DNA from: Bacilli bacterium | GTDB lineage: Bacteria; Bacillota_I; Bacilli_A; RFN20; CAG-826 | Assembly: GCA_017477255.1 (NCBI GenBank) | Contig: JAFUXB010000002.1 | Location: forward strand, 182,474 to 246,473 | Reading direction: 5' to 3' | DNA length: 64,000 nucleotides | In this document: positions 7,763-15,788 of the stretch, piece after piece | Position numbering within the stretch: position 1 is the stretch's first letter | How the letters are laid out: the number at the start of each line of letters is the position of its first letter | Notes under the pieces: model-generated | What the model saw: the letters and a program-made list of their open reading frames with translations, nothing else | The model's database searches: none | Told to the model about the DNA's origin: nothing | Translations under genes and position numbers: made by a program

Positions 7763-10700
7763 TTAAGCTACTTCATAGTTATCATTAATAAATTGTTTAA
7801 TAACTTCAATAAGATAATCTAATGTAAAATATCCTTTTCCAATTGGAACTGCTAAATATTCTCCACCCCACCATAAATATTGATCATAAGTAACTAAGTC
7901 TTTGACTAAATTGTAATCTAATGGTCCATATTTTTCTAAATCTTGTTCCATTTTGATAGGGTCATATTTAAATTCTGGAGTAACTTCAAACCAAACATGT
8001 TCATGTAATGTTGGTTCAACAGTTAAAATATTATTTGCTAAATATTGATAATCATACATTGTGTCAATTTCATAATATTCAGTATCTTTATTTTCAACAT
8101 ATGCATCAACAACTCGTTTATATCCTATTGTTGATGTGCCAATATCTGAAAGCAATTTTTTACCTATAAATGAACTATAATTACTAGAATCAATTGTTAC
8201 ATAATCTAATAGTTCTGCATCAAAGAATGATTGTTTCCAAATAGCTTCAACTTTTGATCCATCATCAAATACTACAGTTATAACGTCAGCATTTTGCATA
8301 GTGCCGCTCTCATACCAAATAATTGGCCTATTAACAAATGCACCCTCTTTAAAGCTCCAAGTTTTAACAAGTTCTCCTAACTTAACGTCCTTAATTGCTT
8401 TATAAGAACCGTCTGCCATCGTTACTAAAGTATTTCCAGTAACGCATACACCAGAATTATGCATTATATTAAAATCACAACTATATTCCGTATTATTAAT
8501 GTCTGTTACTTTACATCTCAATACACAAGCATCAGGTTTCTGATTAGTGCGTCCATCAAAATGAATTTTTGTACTTCGTGAACCATCATCATCAATAGTT
8601 GTTTTATTTGCAACCTTTGTTCCAGAATAATCAACCATATATTCTCTTTCTCCTGTTGGACTATAAAAAGTCCATTGAACTTGTGAAATTTGACCATTTG
8701 ATGGCTCCCATTTTAAACTATAAGTAATTGTTGTGTCTGTACTTGTAACTTCTTCGTGATAAGACCAATTTTGTGCAACTGTAATTCCGCTGACTCCATC
8801 ATGTTCACTTGATGTTCCGACAACTGTTTTTGAAGATTTGTTAGTACTACTAGTAATCCAAACCGATGTAACACCGACTAAGCTATCATCTGGAATTACT
8901 TCAGTATTATATGTACCAAAAACTTCACTATGATATGAAGATGTTGCAGTAATAACAACTTGCCCTAAATTAACACCAGTAACTTTGCCTGTTTCATCTA
9001 CAGTTGCAATTGATGTATTGCTTGAAGACCAAATTACGTCCTTATTATAAGCTTTTTCAACATCAATCAAGTTAGCTTTTAATTGAATACTATGATTTAT
9101 ATATAAAGGATCTTTACCATTATCTAATTTCCCAGTAGTACTCTCTACAGTTATAGATTGTACATCAAATTCATTAATACCATTATTGTTAGATGATATA
9201 CTAGGCAAACTATTTATTACACAAAATACTACATTACTAGCATTATTAATGTATGATCTATAAGCATACCTACTAGATGTGCCAAAAACATTGTTGTTAC
9301 CTTTAAAGACATTAACATTATAAATGTTATTTAATAATTCTAATTGAGCATTAGTCACAGAATCGACATGGAGAACTTTTTGAACTCCATTTATTTGCCA
9401 TTGTTCTCCATTGTTAATTACATTTAACTTTGGTTTATTTGGGTTTGGAAAATCGTTTGAATTAAAAAATGTATTCATTCCTATAAGGATTTTCTTTGAA
9501 TTAATCTTTTCTAATGACGATATCGAAAGTTGCTCTCTTATTATTAAGTAATCTTTAATAACAAAAGGCGCGCTTCTTACATCTTGATTCCATGGTTCAT
9601 TGCTCTCTACGATATCTGACGACGAATAAATAATGTTTGCTGAATCGTTGCAATATACATTTCCACCAATTTTTTGCATGGTAATCTTTCCACCATCCTC
9701 AACGATACAATTTGCATTATTTTTAACAGGATAATGAGCTCCACAACTCCATTTTGATGTTGGTCTCTCTCCACTGCTGTTATCAATGAATGTGCTATAT
9801 ACCGTCAATTCTGATCCGTTTAAATCCACGTTATTAGAAACAGCCAAAGATGCTTCAGGTAACAATTTTATTTTTTGATTTAATGTAGAAAATGTTGCTC
9901 TACCACTTTGGTTTGAATTTCTAAGCAAACTAATATTCATTTTATATGAAACAGGGAAAAAACCATTTGCTGTACTTAAAGTCTTTTCAACACCACTAAT
10001 TTTAATCTTAAAGCTAAATGTATTAAGAGAAAAACCACCATAAAATTTTAAATTCATTATTTTTTTATCTTTGTCATATTTTGCTTCCAAATATGAATAA
10101 GTAGAATTGGTAAGTTTAACTAAAGCTGCATTCCCGTTGGATATTATCAAAGAATCATTATTTGCAATAACTTCATCAATTGTTCCAATAATAGGAATTC
10201 CAGTTTGATACACGTATACATTAGAGCACCCATATAATTTAGCATTATATCTAAAGTATGAAGTGCAAAAAATATTTCTAAACTCAATTTGATTAAATGG
10301 TGGAACGCCATATGTATTATTTGCTTCTTCCATACCACTTGCAACAGAAAAACCTCTATAATCGCAAACTACTAAAGGCATATATACTGTTCCATTTGCA
10401 AAATCTATATAACTATTATTATTTTTTACATCTTCTTCTATATAACCATAACAATGTGTTATTGCAGTACTTGAATTTTGGATTATTGCTGCTCCATGTT
10501 TTAATAAAAAACGAGAATACGAAAAACCAGTATAACTAATTAATGAGGAGTTTTGGTTTGTTCCAGAATAAAGATAACCACTGATTACAAGAGTACCATT
10601 ATTAATTAATGTTTTTCCACTCTCTATTTCTACTGTAGTTCTTAAATAATTCGTTGAATGATTAATAGCATCTTTATCGGTACTTCCGAGGTTTCTGCTA

Positions 10701-11140
10701 TCTTTCCACATTGATTTAATGTAAGTTTCAAGTGTTTCCTGATTATTAACACTGTCAATATTATTTTTATCTGTTGGCAAAATTAAAGTAACGCCTTGTT
10801 TAATTTCACAATTATCTTTTATTTTATATGTAACGGAATCTACAGAAATTTTATTATTTACTGAATGATAATTTTGTTTTTTTGGTGGTATTGTAACAAC
10901 AATATCACCACTATTAGCACTTTTTAAAGCTCCTTCAATAGTTGGAAAATATATTTTGTTAGATCCAGCAATATAAGCTACAGGCTCCTGAACGCTGCTT
11001 GTATATGTTTCATTAGTACTATTAGCTGTATCATTTTGATTATCTCCAGCATTCCAACTAGCATAAGAAACTTTAGGCATTAATCCTAAAGAAATAAATG
11101 CAAACATAAAAAATGCTAAAAGTTTTTTAAACCACTTCAT
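7763..11140 (-). CDS. giant secreted multidomain protein 1 (ASW-type SipW-cognate-like signal peptide; Big_2; C-terminal Hint/BIL autoprocessing domain)
   Basis: 1125 aa. N-terminus MKWFKKLLAFFMFAFISLGLMPKVSYASWNAGDN. Big_2 block IQLKANLIDVEKAYNKDVIWSSSNTSIATVDETGKVTGVNLGQVVITATS. Hint block A CVTGNTLVTMADGSYKAIKDVKLGELV. The conserved C-terminal tail is shared with 20554..24099. Start overlaps the stop of 11140..11757 (TAATG). RBS AAGGAG. Confidence 0.85.
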   Translation of the reverse strand: MKWFKKLLAFFMFAFISLGLMPKVSYASWNAGDNQNDTANSTNETYTSSVQEPVAYIAGSNKIYFPTIEGALKSANSGDIVVTIPPKKQNYHSVNNKISVDSVTYKIKDNCEIKQGVTLILPTDKNNIDSVNNQETLETYIKSMWKDSRNLGSTDKDAINHSTNYLRTTVEIESGKTLINNGTLVISGYLYSGTNQNSSLISYTGFSYSRFLLKHGAAIIQNSSTAITHCYGYIEEDVKNNNSYIDFANGTVYMPLVVCDYRGFSVASGMEEANNTYGVPPFNQIEFRNIFCTSYFRYNAKLYGCSNVYVYQTGIPIIGTIDEVIANNDSLIISNGNAALVKLTNSTYSYLEAKYDKDKKIMNLKFYGGFSLNTFSFKIKISGVEKTLSTANGFFPVSYKMNISLLRNSNQSGRATFSTLNQKIKLLPEASLAVSNNVDLNGSELTVYSTFIDNSSGERPTSKWSCGAHYPVKNNANCIVEDGGKITMQKIGGNVYCNDSANIIYSSSDIVESNEPWNQDVRSAPFVIKDYLIIREQLSISSLEKINSKKILIGMNTFFNSNDFPNPNKPKLNVINNGEQWQINGVQKVLHVDSVTNAQLELLNNIYNVNVFKGNNNVFGTSSRYAYRSYINNASNVVFCVINSLPSISSNNNGINEFDVQSITVESTTGKLDNGKDPLYINHSIQLKANLIDVEKAYNKDVIWSSSNTSIATVDETGKVTGVNLGQVVITATSSYHSEVFGTYNTEVIPDDSLVGVTSVWITSSTNKSSKTVVGTSSEHDGVSGITVAQNWSYHEEVTSTDTTITYSLKWEPSNGQISQVQWTFYSPTGEREYMVDYSGTKVANKTTIDDDGSRSTKIHFDGRTNQKPDACVLRCKVTDINNTEYSCDFNIMHNSGVCVTGNTLVTMADGSYKAIKDVKLGELVKTWSFKEGAFVNRPIIWYESGTMQNADVITVVFDDGSKVEAIWKQSFFDAELLDYVTIDSSNYSSFIGKKLLSDIGTSTIGYKRVVDAYVENKDTEYYEIDTMYDYQYLANNILTVEPTLHEHVWFEVTPEFKYDPIKMEQDLEKYGPLDYNLVKDLVTYDQYLWWGGEYLAVPIGKGYFTLDYLIEVIKQFINDNYEVA

Positions 11141-11757
11141 TATGCATTCTCCTTAGGGGTAAATGTAATATTAAAATTAGCAGAGGCTAAATTAGGAAAA
11201 CTTGATAAAGATCCAGTCCATTTTAAATTTAGACTAAAATCAAAGCTAAAATCAGCATCCGTATTTGTACATGTAATAACAAATGATGTTGTAATTGCTT
11301 CTCCATCTACTGGATCAGTATCATTAACGCTAAAATTTGTACTAGTTAATGACATTGAGCTGGATGAAAAACCATTAGGATTTAATCCATTTGGTAAAGC
11401 AGTTGATAAACTAACATCTAATTTGAAAGATTTTGTGTTTCTATAGCTTGTAAAGCATGATTTTGCATTCGCTGTATTAACTAAGCATGTGCCAGTTAAA
11501 TCAACGTTATCAGCGTAAATTCCATCATTAACAAAGCCATATCCAGTTGCATATTCAAAATTTCCTAATGAAGAAATTGTAATTACATCAAGAGCTTCGC
11601 CAGTTCCTCCTGTAATTACATCTCCAACACTTAAATCAACAGTCATATTATTAGTTGCCTGTGTAGCTACTGCCCACGTTGAAAAACCAAGTCCTACTAA
11701 GCTAATAATAGAAACTGGACATAAAACAACAAGTAACTTTCTTCCTATCTTTTTCAT
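11140..11757 (-). CDS. TasA/camelysin-like secreted protein 1 with SipW-cognate-type signal peptide
   Basis: 205 aa. N-terminus MKKIGRKLLVVLCPVSIISLVGLGFSTWAVATQ aligns to the B. subtilis TasA signal region (LALVGGGTWAAFND). The mature part starts TVDLSVG, compare TasA SGTLDLS. Translationally coupled to the giant gene. Confidence 0.6.
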   Translation of the reverse strand: MKKIGRKLLVVLCPVSIISLVGLGFSTWAVATQATNNMTVDLSVGDVITGGTGEALDVITISSLGNFEYATGYGFVNDGIYADNVDLTGTCLVNTANAKSCFTSYRNTKSFKLDVSLSTALPNGLNPNGFSSSSMSLTSTNFSVNDTDPVDGEAITTSFVITCTNTDADFSFDFSLNLKWTGSLSSFPNLASANFNITFTPKENA

Positions 11758-11765
11758 ATATGAGA

Positions 11766-11817
11766 AAACGCAGGCGTTTCGTTTAGAGTTTTGAGTTTAA
11801 AGAGTTTAAAACGCCTG
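11766..11817 (-). promoter_or_regulatory. inverted-repeat-flanked leader element immediately upstream of the TasA-like start codon
   Basis: GCAGGCGTTT (11770-11779) and AAACGCCTGC (11808-11817) are exact reverse complements. They enclose tagagttttgagtttaaagagttt. The left arm itself forms the palindrome AAACGCAGGCGTTT. Confidence 0.5.
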
Positions 11818-11827
11818 CTAATAATAT

Positions 11828-11860
11828 GTGTATCTTTTTATAAATATAAAAAGGATACAC
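11828..11860. promoter_or_regulatory. hairpin-forming inverted repeat in the operon leader
   Basis: GTGTATCTTTTT ataaatat AAAAAGGATACAC: 12-bp arms with one bulge. Confidence 0.45.
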
Positions 11861-11870
11861 TTATATAATA

Positions 11871-11889
11871 GAGAGAGAGAGAGAGAGAG
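11871..11889. repeat. (GA)9.5 dinucleotide microsatellite
   Basis: gagagagagagagagagag, located about 115 bp upstream of the operon start codon at 11757. Confidence 0.9.
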
Positions 11890-12095
11890 TCAAGCACTTT
11901 CGAAAAAGAGTGCTAATTTCTTCGATTACTTCTACTATTTATTTTTTCTATAAAAAAAGATTATTAGAACTTTAAATTGTTTAATAATCTTTAAGCTAAT
12001 AAATGATTACTACTTATTGTTTTTGTTAATAATCTGAGAAATCTAAAGTGCACTTTATTTTACTCGGATTTTAAACATTTATAATACCCAATTGT

Positions 12096-12190
12096 GACTT
12101 ACTGAAAGATTTTGCTAAAATCAATAAAATTTTTCAGTATACTGAAAGATTTTTCAATATTTATAAAAATTGTTCAGTATAGTGAAAGAT
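12096..12190. promoter_or_regulatory. three about 40-bp-spaced repeats of ACTGAAAGATTTT including a perfect 14-bp palindrome TTCAGTATACTGAA (putative operator array)
   Basis: gacttACTGAAAGATTTT (12096-12113). ttTTCAGTATACTGAAAGATTTTT (12131-12155), with the palindrome at 12133-12146. tgTTCAGTATAGTGAAAGATTTTTT (12171-12196), with a near-palindrome at 12173-12186. Confidence 0.55.
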
Positions 12191-12214
12191 TTTTTAATCA
12201 AATTAGCAAAATAA

Positions 12215-12245
12215 AAAGACCTAATATGGGTATTAGATCTCTTCA
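12215..12245 (-). terminator. rho-independent terminator of the 12259..14067 gene
   Basis: AGACCTAATA tggg TATTAGATCT: 10-bp stem with one mismatch. Preceded on the plus strand by aaaataaaaa, which is a T-run on the minus strand. Confidence 0.6.
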
Positions 12246-12258
12246 TTTTAAGTTACTA

Positions 12259-14067
12259 TTACTTTTTATGGCCTAAGAAAATAATAACCGATTGCGCAAT
12301 TCCTGCTATTCCAAGTACAAATGGTAATCCACAAGATAATTTAATGTCTTTATTGCTGACCCAATCATTAAATTTCTCGATGGTAGACATTGTTGGATCA
12401 ATATTGCTGACATATAATTCTTTAAATTGTCTAATAATAAAGAATAAGAATATAGAACCAATTAAACAAACAACAGCTGATGAAATAATTAAAACTTTTC
12501 TATAAAGATCTTCTTCTATAAATAAATGAGCAAATACATTAGTTAAACCAGCAACTAAAATCATAATAATTCCTGCTCTAATTAAATACAATGGTCTATA
12601 AGATACAAAACTAACAACTACAGAATCACCTCTTTTTACATTAGATGTAGTTCCCCAAATTACGCCATTATAAGTCAGTACACTATTAGATGATTTTAGA
12701 CTAAATGAAGCAACAAACGATAATGCAAAAATCAGCAATGCTATTCCTAATGCAATTAATGGTAATTTTGATAAATATCTTCTCATAATATTTGACTCCT
12801 TATTTTTATTTTCTTCTTTTTCTTTCTTTTTAAATTCTCTATATTCTTTTCTTAAAATTTTTAATTCTTTTCTTAACTCTTTTAATCTAAGTTTGCATTC
12901 TTTTCTTGCTTTCCTATCTTTAATAACTTTAATAATCATTATTACAAATAAAGCAAGATTTAATACTTGCAATATATATGCGATCCATACAATATCTACT
13001 GGTTCTATCGAATAAATTCCTGTTAAATATATGTGACTCCTACCTATTCTTCCAGGACCAAACACAAAGATAAGTGTAAAGAATAATACAATTGATGAGG
13101 TAAATAACAATGATTTATATAAGCTGATTTCAGCATATTGATTCTTTGTTTCTACAATTTTATTTTTACATTCAGCGATTTTTTGTTTTATATCATTATC
13201 TAATAAAGATAATTTTTTATTCTTGTTTTCAATATAAAAATACAAGAATAATAACATAATTCCTATTATTAAAATTGGTAATGTATAAATATATAATGGG
13301 CTTTCAAAAAGTACATTTTTATAAGTAATATCAGTAGTAATTAATCTTACATATAGGTGAAATGAAACAGCGCTAAATATCAAACCAATATGTAAGCATA
13401 AATTAATTAAATCTATATGTTTTTTTCTTAAAAAGTGTATTACTAAGCACAATAAATATATACTCATGAAGCTAAATAAATAAGGTAGGTGATCAAAAAA
13501 TGTTCCTTCAAAAAAGCTGGTATCTCTTCCAAAATTTATTACAGATACATAGAGAAATTGTGGATTTACATATAAAGCAAAATGTAAAAATGCTCCAAAA
13601 CCAACTAAAACTATTTTACTTATTATTTCTTTCTTGTTTAATTCATTAGAAATAACTTCTTCATTTTGTAATTTATTAAATTTAAACACTTTAAAGATAT
13701 AAATTCCTAAAGAAGCCGATACTAATAAACCATACAAAATTAACGAAATAATGCTAGTTATTGCAGAAAGTTCAATAAAAAATGAAATCGTAAAACTACA
13801 AAATAGTGTTAATAAAACTCTACTAAGAAAATCTCCTTTATATTTCTTATTTCCTTTTTTATAAAATAAGATAAGTAAAATTATTGAAGTTATTAAAATT
13901 ACAATTGATAAAATTGCAACTAGTCCTCCATGATACCTATGTGATCCGGTTTCAATAATATCAATAAATATCCCTTTTAGAGTTCCCATCATTGAACCAT
14001 GTATATTTAATATATATAAAAGAACTGTAAATGAGATTAAAATTAAAGACCAAAATAAATTAATCAT
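12259..14067 (-). CDS. polytopic membrane protein with a central Lys/Arg-rich coiled-coil segment, unknown function
   Basis: 602 aa. More than 10 hydrophobic helices. Charged segment KDRKARKECKLRLKELRKELKILRKEYREFKKKEKEENKNK. Confidence 0.8.
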   Translation of the reverse strand: MINLFWSLILISFTVLLYILNIHGSMMGTLKGIFIDIIETGSHRYHGGLVAILSIVILITSIILLILFYKKGNKKYKGDFLSRVLLTLFCSFTISFFIELSAITSIISLILYGLLVSASLGIYIFKVFKFNKLQNEEVISNELNKKEIISKIVLVGFGAFLHFALYVNPQFLYVSVINFGRDTSFFEGTFFDHLPYLFSFMSIYLLCLVIHFLRKKHIDLINLCLHIGLIFSAVSFHLYVRLITTDITYKNVLFESPLYIYTLPILIIGIMLLFLYFYIENKNKKLSLLDNDIKQKIAECKNKIVETKNQYAEISLYKSLLFTSSIVLFFTLIFVFGPGRIGRSHIYLTGIYSIEPVDIVWIAYILQVLNLALFVIMIIKVIKDRKARKECKLRLKELRKELKILRKEYREFKKKEKEENKNKESNIMRRYLSKLPLIALGIALLIFALSFVASFSLKSSNSVLTYNGVIWGTTSNVKRGDSVVVSFVSYRPLYLIRAGIIMILVAGLTNVFAHLFIEEDLYRKVLIISSAVVCLIGSIFLFFIIRQFKELYVSNIDPTMSTIEKFNDWVSNKDIKLSCGLPFVLGIAGIAQSVIIFLGHKK

Positions 14068-14119
14068 ATTTATATTTTACCTACAAAGAATGCTATAAAC
14101 AAGCATTCAAAAATCATTA

Positions 14120-14698
14120 TTATTTTAAATAATCTCTTATATCTAATAAGAAATAAGTATAATCAAGATATCCTAAATTAATATCGCTATAAATATTTAT
14201 TTTCTTTTCTTCTTCATCTATTTCTGTATTATATTTTTCATACTCACTTAACTTTGATAATACTTTTTTAACATTTACAAAGGCTTCGTTAAAATCTTTA
14301 TAATACTTCTTTTCTCCAATACTAATTAGTTCTGGGAATGAATCATAGCTTGTAGTTACAAATGTTGAAATGAAAAATATATTTTCATTTTCTTCTACAT
14401 TTAGTTCAATAATTTTCCAATATAAATGAAGATCATTTTCATTTAATGAATCTTTATCATGATAATTTTTATCAATAAATTCTTCGCCGAAGCTTTCAGC
14501 TTCATCAATTAAATATTCTAAATCGTTTTCACGAACAATATTTTCTTTTAAACTAATCATTTTATTAAATACATCCATTTTATTTGTTGATGCTTTAATA
14601 ACTCTAACGTTAGCTTCAACTTTTTCATTCCATTCATAATCAATAGTAATGTTATTTTCTACTAAAATAAAAATCTTTTTCATTAAATTATCCCTCAT
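14120..14698 (-). CDS. acidic cytoplasmic protein, unknown function
   Basis: 192-aa ORF in an operon-like arrangement. No recognisable motifs. Confidence 0.6.
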   Translation of the reverse strand: MRDNLMKKIFILVENNITIDYEWNEKVEANVRVIKASTNKMDVFNKMISLKENIVRENDLEYLIDEAESFGEEFIDKNYHDKDSLNENDLHLYWKIIELNVEENENIFFISTFVTTSYDSFPELISIGEKKYYKDFNEAFVNVKKVLSKLSEYEKYNTEIDEEEKKINIYSDINLGYLDYTYFLLDIRDYLK

Positions 14699-14800
14699 TT
14701 ATGCCTTTTAATAATTAAATATGCTTTTATTTTAGTATTAATAACTATTAATTTTTAGCATTCAAAAAATCTTTTAAAAATTATTTACCATTGTTTTAAT

Positions 14801-14830
14801 AACTAAAAAAGGTTCAGTAATTCGAACCTT
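14801..14830 (-). terminator. rho-independent terminator overlapping the last codons of 14814..15764
   Basis: aaaaaAGGTTCagtaattcGAACCTTtctttt: 7-bp stem flanked by an A-run and a T-run. Confidence 0.55.
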
Positions 14831-15764
14831 TCTTTTGAATAATCATTACAATATGCTGATTATAATCTCCAAATTTAGAACCAAATAAGTTTAATCCACC
14901 TCTATTTTTAGCATTTTCTTTAACGCCTAATTTAAATGTAATTGTATCTTTTTCATTAAGTTTTAAATCTTTTAAAGTAACACTTGATACTTTAATTTCA
15001 TTAATAAAACTTCCTTCTTCAGTTATTTTAACGTTTTCTAAAATTCCATAAGAAGTATTGCCTTTCCACCAAAATGGAGTATATTTACCAGCTCTATCTC
15101 CAAAATCTCCAATTGAAGTAAAATAACCTATATCTTTACCATTAACTTCAAAAAATATATCACTAGGCCAATTATGATTATAACCTGGAGATTCACTACA
15201 TAATTCTAAAGAAAATGAAATTGATTGGATTTCATCAACGTTTTTTGATTTAATTGGTATTTCATATTCTAAATATCCATAATCAAACCAAATAAGTTGA
15301 GCTTTAAATCTATCACTTTCATAAAAGCAATTAATATTATCTCTTTCTCCAATATATCCTTCTTCTGAAATCATTCCACATAATTTATTAACTTTAAAAT
15401 TTTTATAAGACCCTATTAAAATATCTACTATTTCATTGTGTTTTGGATAAATTGGATTATTTTTAGTTAAATTAATATGAATTTCTTCAAATTGACGAGA
15501 TACAATTTTTCCTTGTCCACTACTATTTGAATCTTTAATAACAGATATTAATCCAGTTTTAAGTAAAATAGAAACATCTTCAGATACACTAGATAAAGGT
15601 GCATCAAGTTCAAAAGCGATATTTTTAATACTTGATGGCCCTTTTTTAGAAAGTAAATTTAAAATATCTCTTCTTCTTTTATTCGATAAAGCTTTAAAAA
15701 CTTTATCACATTTTAAAGAATCTTTAAGTGATAAATTAAAAACTTTTTTATAATCAATTGCCAT
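14814..15764 (-). CDS. ArsR-type winged-helix regulator with an uncharacterised C-terminal domain
   Basis: 316 aa. N-terminus FKALSNKRRRDILNLLSKKGPSSIKNIAFELDAPLSSVSEDVSILLKTGLISV is an ArsR/SmtB-like HTH. Lies immediately upstream of the GH127-like gene. Confidence 0.65.
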   Translation of the reverse strand: MAIDYKKVFNLSLKDSLKCDKVFKALSNKRRRDILNLLSKKGPSSIKNIAFELDAPLSSVSEDVSILLKTGLISVIKDSNSSGQGKIVSRQFEEIHINLTKNNPIYPKHNEIVDILIGSYKNFKVNKLCGMISEEGYIGERDNINCFYESDRFKAQLIWFDYGYLEYEIPIKSKNVDEIQSISFSLELCSESPGYNHNWPSDIFFEVNGKDIGYFTSIGDFGDRAGKYTPFWWKGNTSYGILENVKITEEGSFINEIKVSSVTLKDLKLNEKDTITFKLGVKENAKNRGGLNLFGSKFGDYNQHIVMIIQKKGSNY

Positions 15765-15788
15765 ATAAATATTATATATAATTTTTAA

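Noticed and set aside
7763-8250. True mobile inteins in the giant proteins
   Set aside because: The Hint block sits at the C-terminus with only about 100 aa following it, and no homing-endonuclease domain is present. This is characteristic of BIL/Hint autoprocessing domains of secreted proteins rather than a splicing intein inside a host protein.
10147-10539. Small antisense or alternative-frame ORFs inside large genes (10147-10344, 10297-10539, 21755-22012, 24247-24504, 28291-28503, 33738-33929, 33938-34399, 34466-34884, 36384-36674, 38129-38344, 39503-39727, 44471-44656, 48653-48958, 51310-51797, 55039-55227, 56055-56258, 58906-59118, 60748-60933, 61275-61481, 62420-62614, 63736-63948, 26212-26433, 41382-41609, 42478-42672, 1582-1884)
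   Set aside because: They are all embedded in, or antisense to, long well-supported ORFs. Their composition is low-complexity, as expected for AT-rich DNA, and they have no RBS or motifs.
14809-14830. tRNA T-arm-like sequence GGTTCagtaattcGAACC
   Set aside because: It is an isolated hairpin with flanking A and T runs, which makes it a terminator. No acceptor or anticodon arms can be built around it.
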